DNA of 64,000 nt from Trypanosoma brucei (Eukaryota), in assembly GCA_000002445.1 (NCBI GenBank), contig AL929603.2, positions 160,001-224,000 of the forward strand, in the 5' to 3' direction. The notes under the pieces were generated by a model. The model was not told the origin of the DNA and made no database searches. It was given only the letters and a program-made list of their open reading frames with translations. Shown in pieces: positions 35,301 through 44,417 of this stretch. The translations under genes were made by a program, and so were the position numbers. Positions within the stretch are counted from its first letter, which is position 1, and every line of letters starts with the position of its first letter.

Positions 35301-36158
35301 GTGAAAAGGGGGCGAGAGAACGAGGACTCAGTGCAAGGAGATGGTAAAGCCCCAGCAGCGCCAGCCTCTCAGGATACACGGAAGCTGCCGTTTCAATGTG
35401 ACCTGTGCGAGGCGAGCTTCGGTACACGTTCTTCCCTGACACTACACAAGAAATTCAAACATAAAAGCATAGTGACGGAGGACGGTACCGTGGTGTTGGT
35501 GCAATTCCCTCGTAAGCGTGCCCGTGAGGGAAACGTTGACGTCCCGGGGAAAGGCGAGGTGCAGTGCGGTGTGTGCCAAAAAGTGCTCAGTTGCAGGGAC
35601 TCCCTCATCCGACACTGTAAGGCTTTCCACAAAGGTGAGGGAGTCGAGCTTAAATGCAGCAAAAGCACAAAATTGTGTGCCACTGATTCCCCGCATACAA
35701 ACACATCCATGTTGGTGTGCCCGACATGCGGAAGGCAGTGTGCTAGCAAAACTGGCCTCACCCTACATCAAAAGAAGATGCACGGTATGAAGGTAGAGCG
35801 CGCTGTTACCAGCCAACGCGGCGACTGCGAAGAAACGTCGCTGCACTTGATGAGCTGTCCCGGTTTGAAGGAGTTACGTGTCAGATTTGCGGTAGAAGGT
35901 GAGTGTGTGCAGGATGTATGTTTCTCCAAAAGGCTGGCGCAGTTTCTCATTGCGGTTGAACGGAGCCGGCCGCAGGTGAAGTCCTCACCTAAGGTAACAG
36001 TCATACAACCCACTCTCCCTTCTGCAACTTCCCCCCTTATTGCCGAGTGTGGAGCCAGCAGGAAAAGCACCGGACGCAGGAATAGTCCAGACACCCTCAG
36101 AGACAGAGGAGGTATGCAGTCAACAAGCAACAGAAACAGAAAGAGGGGGAGAGAATAA
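32376..36158 (+). CDS. ingi ORF2 (RT/RNase H/zinc finger), copy 3
   Basis: 1260 aa with the same motifs as copy 1. Confidence 0.85.
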   Translation: MVATRKQILDRTPKKRWSTLCSRLAVSDRCSWHIVKKVYAPRPLTTPAVLVDNAAITDYRQAERFSKLYSSRARRHPDSHPPAPIKTIASEFSPITMAELRRSIKLLPSGSAAGPDCLYNEALQHLCRTALNVVLRLFNESLRTGVVPPAWKTGVIIPILKAGKKAEDLDSYRPVTLTSCLCKVMERIIAARLRDTVESQLTPQQSGFRPGCSTLEQLLHVRAALCRPTHQYRTGAVFVDYEKAFDTVDHDKIAREMHRMKVSPHIVKWCVSFLSNRTGRVRFKEKLSRSRTFERGVPQGTVLGPIMFIIVMNSLSQRLAEVPLLQHGFFADDLTLLARHTERDVINHTLQCGLNVVLQWSKEYFMSVNVAKTKCTLFGCIERHPLTLQLDGERIGADRTPKLLGVTFQCLQGMATHAAETRRKMDFRLLQIAAISASTWGPRRQVLRAFYLALVQAHTMYGIEVWYWDASERSRDLLASAQHKASRIIAGIPHGTRKEDSLLEANLLPLKTTTLVRSMKFMLMCESRGGCLRRSAEEVYHSKHPVRVLHSRIMRSYPHLRIEPREHPLETSTLRHSCRPIFHTQIKPVCADDPDDVKREVSEKWIERHFARRGKEPPRREHYELWTDGSVSLGEKSGAAALLYRSNTLICAPKTGAGELSCSYRAECVALEIGLQRLLKWLPAYRSTPSRLSIFSDSLSMLTALQTGPLAVTDPILRRLWRLLLQVQRRKVRIRLQFVFGHCGVKRNEVCDEMAKKVADLPQLRDTWIPDIIAYAKRVLRSEEVHENTHRFGITGNHFPTKHKEELMREEETALARFRVGSSRQYGWMLRKINPSVPPQCRWCNPQHAEIGPTIQTAPPVATRTLQRTSEPTKCTECDATYQCRSSAVTHMVNKHGFVRADALRRIKYGDATPAVDIPPEPPPVVAIVPLPSCTRVPMRPQVLHCTICASKFAVPGRLLHHLRTIHGIGSGSCRVKRGRENEDSVQGDGKAPAAPASQDTRKLPFQCDLCEASFGTRSSLTLHKKFKHKSIVTEDGTVVLVQFPRKRAREGNVDVPGKGEVQCGVCQKVLSCRDSLIRHCKAFHKGEGVELKCSKSTKLCATDSPHTNTSMLVCPTCGRQCASKTGLTLHQKKMHGMKVERAVTSQRGDCEETSLHLMSCPGLKELRVRFAVEGECVQDVCFSKRLAQFLIAVERSRPQVKSSPKVTVIQPTLPSATSPLIAECGASRKSTGRRNSPDTLRDRGGMQSTSNRNRKRGRE

Positions 36159-36434
36159 TAAACGAATAACAAAAATCAAAACAAAAGGATTGCTAATTGA
36201 CATCTTTGGGAGAGTCCGGGGTGAGGGGGGCTTCTCGCCCCATCTACTGTATTCCGTTCAACTGCGGAGCTACAACAAAAATTATAGAGGGTGTGTTAGG
36301 ATGAATAAAAAAGGGAGACTCTGCCACAGTCGCCAGACCGATAGCATCTCAGGGCTCTACGGTGATGGCTGATGGCCGCGCCAGTTGGGAGAAACTCTCA
36401 CGAAGGCACGAAGAAAATTCTAAAAAAAAAAAAA

Positions 36435-37090
36435 TGAGCTGGGCACCGTCAGTTGTCAGAAGCGTATCTATGTCAGTTGCCGTGAAGGTGTGTTTTGGTG
36501 GGATGTATGCCGACGTGACAGTCAGCGCCGTTCCACGTGCAAGGTGAATTGTTGCATGCACTTTTTCAATGCGACCAACAACGGCCATACCGGTCTCGAC
36601 TGGTAGGTCCTCCCTCACTAGTATTGATACACCACCTCCTTTGCAGTTACGAGCTATTCCGCGATGTTGGTAACCAGCAACGCTAAAGCAAGCCGCCTCT
36701 CCAGGCGTCATCCTTGTCTCGCTCAACAGACAAAAGGCGATCCGCTCATCAACAAGGGTTTTGTGGAGTGCTAATCTCTTTCCTTGAGATAGCCCGGCGC
36801 AGTTCCACTGCATCCCGCGCAACGACGGGCCGGGATTCTCTTCCACATCACCGGACAGCAGCATCTTAGTGCGGATGATATACTGCTGATGGCACGCTGG
36901 CACGTGCCCAGGGACCGACAAATGAAAAACGGTGTCCCAGCAAGACGCTGCTGATCCCTGTGCTGTATGATGCCGTAGCCGGAGCACAGCAGTGTTCCCT
37001 ATGGGAATAACGCTGCTGGCTCTTGGCTTCCCCCGATGATACGGGGTACTGGACCCTGGCACCACGTTGAGGTGGCCGGCATCGCCAGGG
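36435..37090 (-). mobile_element. 3'-truncated ingi fragment (first ~655 nt of the element) in inverted orientation, abutting the poly(A) of copy 3
   Basis: It is the reverse complement of ingi nt 1 to about 655. The element 5' end (ccaggg on + strand) is at 37085-37090. The ORF1 frame is intact here, including MPATS...MLLSGDVEENPGP...TDGAQLI. It is joined directly to A13 of copy 3 with no intervening host sequence. Confidence 0.85.
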
Positions 37091-38050
37091 AGAAGCGGCG
37101 AAAAGAGGCGACCCCAAGAAGGCGGATGTAGCAGAGAGCACCCTCGATCAAAGGAGCAAGCTCTGCACGAGGAACGGAAACAAAGACCAGGTGTAGCCTT
37201 GGATGGGGACCTTACGTGTCTGCTCTGCTCAAACCCAGAACGGCAACCTCTGCGGAGGCACAACGGGGGCCGGAACGTATGGCAAAGGCGGCACAGACAC
37301 GGCAGCGCAGGCACTAAAAGTGTGGGAAACAATCAAACCACTCTGTGAAGCGGCAGCGGTGGAACTGGAAACCACGGAACCGGCGATAACAACATGTATT
37401 CCCGGTTTTAAGGCCGCCCTCGGTGCCGGAATAACCGCAGCCGGCGACAGCGCGCTAAAGCTAGGCAACGGCGCAGCAACAACATGGTGCAATGACGCGG
37501 ATTCAGCTTCAGCATGCGTAGAATACATCCAAAAGGCAGCCGAAGGCGCGGTGGGGAAGATACTGCGCGTGAAACATGCAACTAGCCGCGGCTGCGCTTG
37601 CACAAGGGAAGTTGAGAGCAGCGCAACTAACGGCTGCACGAACGCAAATGCAGAAAGCAAGCTCAATAACATAGCGAAATTTGGAGCTTTCCCATTTTCT
37701 GCTGGCGGCTCCTGCCGCCAGCAGCGCAACAGCAAAACTTGACACAGCAACCGAAGGAGGCTGCAACAAACACACAAAAAAATGAATGCAATGACCCCTG
37801 CAAATGGGAAGAGGATGCGGCTGACAAAGACAAAAACTGCTCATTAGACACCAAAAAGGCAGCAGAACAACAAGCAACCCAAGCAGGAAAAGGAGGGAAG
37901 ACTTCAAAGTGCTCCAATAAGAAAGCTGAGGCCGAGTGTAAATCTCCGGGTTGTAAGTGGGATGGAAACACTTGCAAGAATTTCAGTTTCCTTGTAAAGA
38001 ATTTTGCCCTGAGTATGGCTGCTGCCTTTATCAACTTGGTAGTATTTTAA
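37091..38050 (+). pseudogene. VSG (variant surface glycoprotein) 3' gene fragment: part of N-terminal domain + C-terminal domain + GPI-signal, frameshifted
   Basis: Frame 37203-37742 has VSG N-domain-like sequence (ALKVWETIKPLC..., GNGAATTWCNDADSASAC). Frame 37739-38050 has a classic VSG C-terminus (CNDPCKWEEDA..., KCSNKKAEAECKSPGCKWDGNTCKNFSFLVKNFALSMAAAFINLVVF stop). The two parts are in different frames. Confidence 0.7.
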
Positions 38051-38084
38051 GAATTCTTGCTCAATTTTGGTGAATAAAAAAAAT

Positions 38085-39249
38085 CCCTTGGTGACGCCGG
38101 CCACCTCATCGTTTTTACAGGGTCTAGTACTTCGTCTAGGAGAAATCCGAGTGCCCGCATCATACCCTGTCCCACATAATTGGACCAAACAACAGGCTTT
38201 CGGTGACGAGAGAAGGAGCAAGCAGCGGTATCATCGGCACTCTGGGGTGAAGAAATATATTAAAGTGCATCTCTGCAAGTGCACACGTGCCTCGATTGGT
38301 ATACATAGGCTTTTACTACTTAAGGGAGATGTGGAACATAATCCCTGCCATATGATTCGTGGAGCCCAGTGGAACAATGGGCCGTTACCTCAGGTACAAC
38401 GACTCGCCTTGAAGAAGAAGCTCCACGAGGATTGTATGCTATTTTGTCTGATGCAGGACGATTCACTCGGCTCCAGCGGAATATACTGCATTAAAAATCA
38501 GTGGGCACCAGCACATGGGGATGTCACGCTCTCCACATGATTGTGTGGTATCAATTTCAGTAAGAGATAGGGTGGAAGTAGAAATGGGACAGATGGAAAA
38601 AGGAGTACTAGAAAGAGTCTCGGCAACGTTTATATTTTCAGCTGATGTAAAATTGACAGTCACTTCAGTTTACTCTCCTGGAAAATCGATGGTTTCAAAA
38701 ACATAATTGGAACAATTAGCGGTAGAAGGCGGTCCTCTTGTAGTAGGGGCAGATTTCAACTCACGTCATGAACTGTGGGACCCACCGCAGAATAATGACA
38801 ACAAAGGGGAATGTATTGTGTATTGGTGTATCGAGAACGATACTAAGATAGCAAACACCAGAAAAGAAACCCGTCGCCAGGTGGGAACGGCTGTATTGCC
38901 TTAAACAGACATCGCAATGTACAGACGGTGAGGTATTAAATTGGAAAATTACACTGAGTCCTGATAGCGACCATTTTTGGGTCACTTTTGGCGTTTTTGC
39001 GAGTTGTGGTGCAGAGGTGATCGCACCCTCAAAACCTGCCAGGGCTTTATACGCGTTGGAATAAAGCGCATCGTAATAACTTCAGGACGGTTAGTGATAC
39101 TTTCATTTTCAACAAGACTAAAGAAAAAATAAAGGATGCGGATGCACTAAATAAGGCCATCAGGAGAAGCACAAGGCAAGCGGCCAAGAAAACCATACCA
39201 AAGGATAAAGGTGTAGCACCGCCTTTCCGGACAAAGGAATTAAAAAAAT
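38085..39249 (+). mobile_element. DIRE (degenerate ingi/L1Tc-related element), ORF1-region only (~1.15 kb), intact 5' terminus
   Basis: The 5' end cccttggtgacgccggccacctcatcg aligns with the ingi start ccctggcgatgccggccacctcaacg. Broken frames encode diverged ingi ORF1: LLLKGDVEHNPC (2A relic), MIRGAQWNNGPLPQVQRLALKKKLHEDCMLFCL, VKLTVTSVYSPGKS, GADFNSRHELWDPPQNN..GECIVYWCIEND, and LSPDSDHFWVTFGVF (the SDH motif). Confidence 0.65.
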
Positions 39250-42200
39250 AAGATAGGCAGATAAAGAAGTGTCGGGATGGACGTGGGAGAGACGTGCTGA
39301 TTGGATGAAGAAAGAAGGCAATGTATATTACACTTTACACTCAAGTATAAGTAACTGCAATATAAGATGTTGTGCATCGTTAGTTATCACTACCCATTGG
39401 ACAAAATAATAAAGAAATTAATTGTATCACGTGTGTTCTCCCTTAGTGTCTCCTTCACGAAGGAAAATGCAGTGATAACGTTGTTTGTTTATTATGTGTA
39501 AACTTAGTGTAAGCTAACGTAAGTAAATAAACAAATGGATATAGAAATAAGCAAATTAATAACGGGCAACTAATCAAGAGACGCGTCATCGCAACATACC
39601 ACTCTAATAACTAATAAGAAAAAATAGACGTGTTTACAAAATAATGGATATGAAACGAGTATGTGTAACAAAAACTGATGTTATTTTTTTTCGGTGACAT
39701 ATAGTGGCACGATTAATATACAATCACAAGCACTGAGGTCAAAGGTGCTCAAGTTCGACAATCATCCTGTTGTTTGTATCCGCGTATATTTTTAAGTGTC
39801 TTTTTATATCTTACAGATAATACTTCACAAAAAAATCATATTCTATTATTTGATGCAAAGTCAAAATAAATTCTCTTTATTCACACTTCACAACCATTTC
39901 CTTTAATTCCACAACTTATATGCTCATGGAAGCTTGCCTAATGTTTCAGTTGCTTCACTTCTCTCTTCATTCGTGGTGACATGTCAACAAAACACATGTG
40001 CGCTTGACTGCTTCTCATAATAAATGAAAGTAGATAAATACATATGATTTGTACAACTTCAGACACTTTAGGAAGGATTTCTCATATTTAATCACATCAA
40101 ACAATTATAATTTGATCTCACTGTGCGCTCTTATGACGAAGAAAATATACATCATAAGTGAAGAAAAGCATGAGCATATCTGTTATGATTTGAATAACGC
40201 ACTCTTATGTATCATAACTATCATTTGCATTTTAACGAATCGATTTGTCAAGTTTCATGCACGCACCTCTATGCCGTTTCATATGTTTGCATTGGGTGAC
40301 TGCAAGAGTTTCATGACTGTAACCGCAGCAAAATAAATAACGTATTGGAAAAAATGTATAATTCCAGGCTGAACAGGTGCTTTCTTCGAAGTGTTTGCAT
40401 TTGAATGCATGTGATGTGGAATACGATGCTTTGAGCACTATTAACTTCAAAAGGATGTTGAATGAATCTTATGAATCACCACCGTCTCCGAAGATACATT
40501 GATAAGTTCACTGTTTCTATGCAATAAGAAGCAGTCAGTACTGTCGCTTCACAATATTTCTTGACTTAACGGAAATCTATTATGCAACACAAAAATAATG
40601 TTTCAGTTGTTACACACAATAAACTACTTTTGTTATTTTTTCCAATAAAAATGCAACACCACTAGAGAGGATGATAATCATAGAGATTATATGAATATTC
40701 GCTTTTTCATATGTTCGTTGAAATATAAAAACAAATGAGGACCGCCTTTGTCAGAAAAACCATGACATGTTTAGAGGAAGAAAACGGAGGTATAAAAATT
40801 ATGAGAGTAAGAATAGATGCGACATTCAAATTATCGTTAATTCCGTTGTGATATATGAAAAATATAATTAGTCCAGTTGATTCAATATATAAGCAGATAG
40901 AGTTTGGATGATACCACACACAAAAAAGTTCCCTCGCCATTATATGTTTTATGAGGTGTGGAATGTGAATTAAAAAATGGGAAACATATTTTGAGTCCGA
41001 AAGAAATTATTTTGTGTGTATATGTGTAAATTTGTATGTGTGTTACGGATATTGTGTAACACCATAAGTGCCATACTGTTGAAACTCCATGAACATGCGT
41101 CACGAGTCCTGCAGTTCTATTGGGCAACACATGCATTTATCAAAATAAGAGAAACGAGTGCATAAATAACTGATGACATAACGAACAAAAATCAAAATAG
41201 ACCACGAGACACACATGCACACAAACAATGACATTAATTTATTAACTGTCAAATTTAGGCCTGTGCCCTTCATTAATAGAGTAAAAATTACAAAATAGGA
41301 TAATGAATAAAAATATTGAGATTCGTTGTGCACAACAAAAGGTGGCACAACTCATCGTGTAATGTTGCATCATGGGGGTTCCCTTTGAAAATTAACACAG
41401 TTCCTCTTCATTCTGATAGTTTGCATGGATTGTTGTGAAAACATTGCGAAGTGGCGCATTTCTACAGGCATCAGGCGGCATCACTTTCCTTTTTCTTCCT
41501 TGTGCAAATAATACCGCTGATATCACACTTGCAAATTGCTCATGAAGAGCTGAAGAGGAAACAGAGGTATCCCAGAAAGATGCGGTTGACCGCCCCCCCC
41601 CCCCGCCCGAAGCAACTTCATATATTTTATTTTCCCACAATCTTTCAAAACACTTGGGAGGCACGAAAAGGCCGACTCAGCGGTTAATTGATTCACAAAA
41701 TGTTTATCGTCACTGAATCGCTTGCATGAAATGTCTTTTGCAGGTTTTTGCAGAGCTGGCAGGGTTGGCCACGGGCAAAAAATAAAAATAAAAAATCCTC
41801 CTTTACCATATCATTACAGTGCTTTGCTTTTCCAACATAAACCATACTCCACTTGAGGCACTACACCCGCAACAACAGTCAGTTCCAAACCGTGCGCAGT
41901 TTCAAAACACAAGTAAGACATAATCAAATGTTATAAAAATGCATACCGTTGTCTGTTATTGTAATTTGCAGTACTCGCATGCACGTGACGATTCATGAAA
42001 AGAACGGAAGTTAATTTTGGGGAAATATTTCTAAGGGCGGTTTTCAGAGTCTCATTTTCATCCACTCAATGTGGTGATCAGGAGGAACTAAGCGAATGGA
42101 GCGCTACGTTTATTGTGATATGTCAATTGCCTTTCCGCAGTAAAGATACGTGGGTTTAATAAAACAAAAAATAAAGAATGGAGGAAGTGGCATAATCAAA

Positions 42201-43195
42201 TTAGATGTAAAATCTCTGTGACCTACATAAATATTTAATTATTTATTCTTTAACACAGCGGCACTGCAGGCGAAGGAATGTGGTGATGAATTTGGTGCAC
42301 AGGCGAAACTGAGCAGAAAACATTACCGCATAAAAACTATTTTCTTCTTTAATGTTTTCGTGTAATGTTGAGTTTCGGTGATAATGTGTTTGTCTCTCTG
42401 GGAAGAAGCAGCGGCGCTGCACGTGACAAATTCTGACCAAAATCAACTAGCGAATCATATGCGCCTACGTCCTATTTTCCATCATCCTTCAATTGCAGAG
42501 TTTTACCAAAATAAATAAAGAGGTGGACAGGAACGAGGAAGGTTCAAAAAAAAAAAAAAACGTATCAAACACCACATTTGAAAGGACCATAAAATTACAC
42601 ACAAAACTCCGCGGTGATAACCAAAAATAGCTGCAGTAACTGTACGCACAGAAAAGGGATTGGGGAGGTGGCAGGGAACACACACACACACACGTAAAAA
42701 AGTAGATTTAGAAAAATATCACAAACTTATTCTGAGGTGAAAAAGAAAAAAGTCAAGAAAAAAAAAGCGCCAGTACGTCACTTCACTTGGGCTCACCATT
42801 TCGATAATGTCACCTCTTCACTATTATGAAAATAAATTAATTAATTAACAGTGTTTCCCCCTCCCCCCCCTCGACTGTAACACACAGGAAAGTGAAACAA
42901 CCACGGGATATAAGAGATGGTTGATAATTTATTGCATTCGCTTCACCAATAAGGGACCGTAAAACAACAACAACAACTAATTAGTACAAGCCAACTGCGG
43001 AAATAGGATGCCTGTACAGTATTAATTTTGTCCTCTTTGGTGTGGGGAAGAGGAAGGAGTGGGGATGTCATATTAAAAGCAAAACAACGCAACTGCAGCC
43101 GCTTGCATCATGGTTCCCCTTCCCCAAGTTTTGCGAGCACATGCGTGCGGAAGGCAGAAACATAACGACGTTACGCCACGCGTCAAGCCGCTGCT

Positions 43196-44017
43196 TCATA
43201 AATTAAGTGGAATATATTCCTTTACGGCTACAACTGTTTCCAATAGCCAATACGCCGCATCATCGTCACAAACCGAAAGATGTTGTTTCGCACATTTTAA
43301 AGGATTTGACCTCATGAGAGAACGAAGTTGCCGGGCATCACACCGCCGCAATGCAACATTTCCCTCAGCCACATTTTGGGAAATCATCAAATCCACTAAA
43401 GGCATGACAGCAAGCACCGGCCCTTCTTTTAAGTTCAACTTCATTCGGTCTTTTGTCAAGCGACATGAATGAGTTTGTGTGTACCGACACATATTTAGCA
43501 TTAACTCCATGGGAGGCACAATACTGTTTTCGGAAAGAATTTGCAGGAACGTGGCGGCAGCATCTTCCACATCACTTTTAAATGTGGCGGGTGGACTTAA
43601 CTGACGCTGCCAATGCGACCACGAGGAAGTTGAAGTTGTGCGACATGCCTGAATTGCAAAATACAAGGAGAGATATAACAAATCAAAGTGTTTAGAAACA
43701 TGTGGTGATGAACAGGCTTCCTGACAGGACTGCAATGGTGGCATGAGCCCCTCAACATCATCATCATGAACGTCATCTACCGTCCAAACAGTTGTGCACG
43801 GGACAGCGGCCACAATACGATTTTCTGGAGTCTCAGCGAGAGTAGAAAAAAGTTTCAGAGGAAAACCGTCTTGAGGAAAAGAGCGGCAACGAAGATATGG
43901 AGCAACACCAATTCCCAGTGAACGCATACAACTTAAAAAAAACGCATCCTCTCGAGTGAAGGACGACACGGCAACTGTCACGCTCTCATTTCCTTTGCGC
44001 ATGTACCGACTACGCAT
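43196..44017 (-). CDS. hypothetical protein (273 aa), last gene of the minus-strand gene run
   Basis: It is a long ORF in a region with coding-like composition, on the same strand as the downstream genes. On the minus strand, a pyrimidine-rich tract lies upstream at about 44060-44115. No domain is recognised. Confidence 0.4.
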   Translation of the reverse strand: MRSRYMRKGNESVTVAVSSFTREDAFFLSCMRSLGIGVAPYLRCRSFPQDGFPLKLFSTLAETPENRIVAAVPCTTVWTVDDVHDDDVEGLMPPLQSCQEACSSPHVSKHFDLLYLSLYFAIQACRTTSTSSWSHWQRQLSPPATFKSDVEDAAATFLQILSENSIVPPMELMLNMCRYTQTHSCRLTKDRMKLNLKEGPVLAVMPLVDLMISQNVAEGNVALRRCDARQLRSLMRSNPLKCAKQHLSVCDDDAAYWLLETVVAVKEYIPLNL

Positions 44018-44059
44018 GTTACATACACTACCTGTAGAGAGCCACCTTCAGACACATTA

Positions 44060-44115
44060 ATATGTCAATGTATTTTTTTAAAAAAGTAAAAGAAAAGAAA
44101 ATAGTTAAAGCAGTG
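44060..44115 (-). promoter_or_regulatory. polypyrimidine tract (on minus strand) upstream of ORF 43196-44017; candidate trans-splicing/polyadenylation signal
   Basis: The + strand is A/G-rich here (aaaaaagtaaaagaaaagaaaatag...), so the coding strand is pyrimidine-rich. Trypanosomatid SL trans-splicing uses such tracts. Confidence 0.3.
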
Positions 44116-44417
44116 AAGAAAACCTCACTGAATTTTCTCAACATGCAATTGCAAATCGTTATTTTCGTTGTTGTTTTCTCTCTCCCTCCTTTTTGTATCG
44201 CATGATAACAAAACGAGCCATGAATATTATCATAATTACTGCGTTACACGTTCGGTGCCACATGTTCTTTTTATCAAAAAAAATCCTCATGTGACGGTTG
44301 GCACTTTAGTGTACAGATCAACTTCACCTGATTCATCTTTCTTCGCGCAGAAAAAATGTAGACCGAAAAAAAAATAAAATAAAGAAGAAAGAACAATCGT
44401 ACTTTCTCCTCTTTCTA

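Larger units (their letters stand above)
31224..36434 (+). mobile_element. ingi non-LTR retrotransposon, full length (copy 3); canonical 5' end ccctggcgatgcc; poly(A) 36422-36434
   Basis: Collinear with copy 1. Its 5' region carries a 2-bp insertion (agtatATcatcc at about 31433) relative to copies 1 and 2, and the 2A proline is mutated (NPGS). Confidence 0.9.

Noticed and set aside
41594-41610. C11 and other G/C homopolymers (59505-59517 C13; 55896-55906 G10) as possible G-quadruplex or regulatory elements
   Set aside because: They are single runs and not four-tract G4 motifs. Such homopolymers are common in trypanosome intergenic regions and are possibly sequencing-prone. I noted them only.
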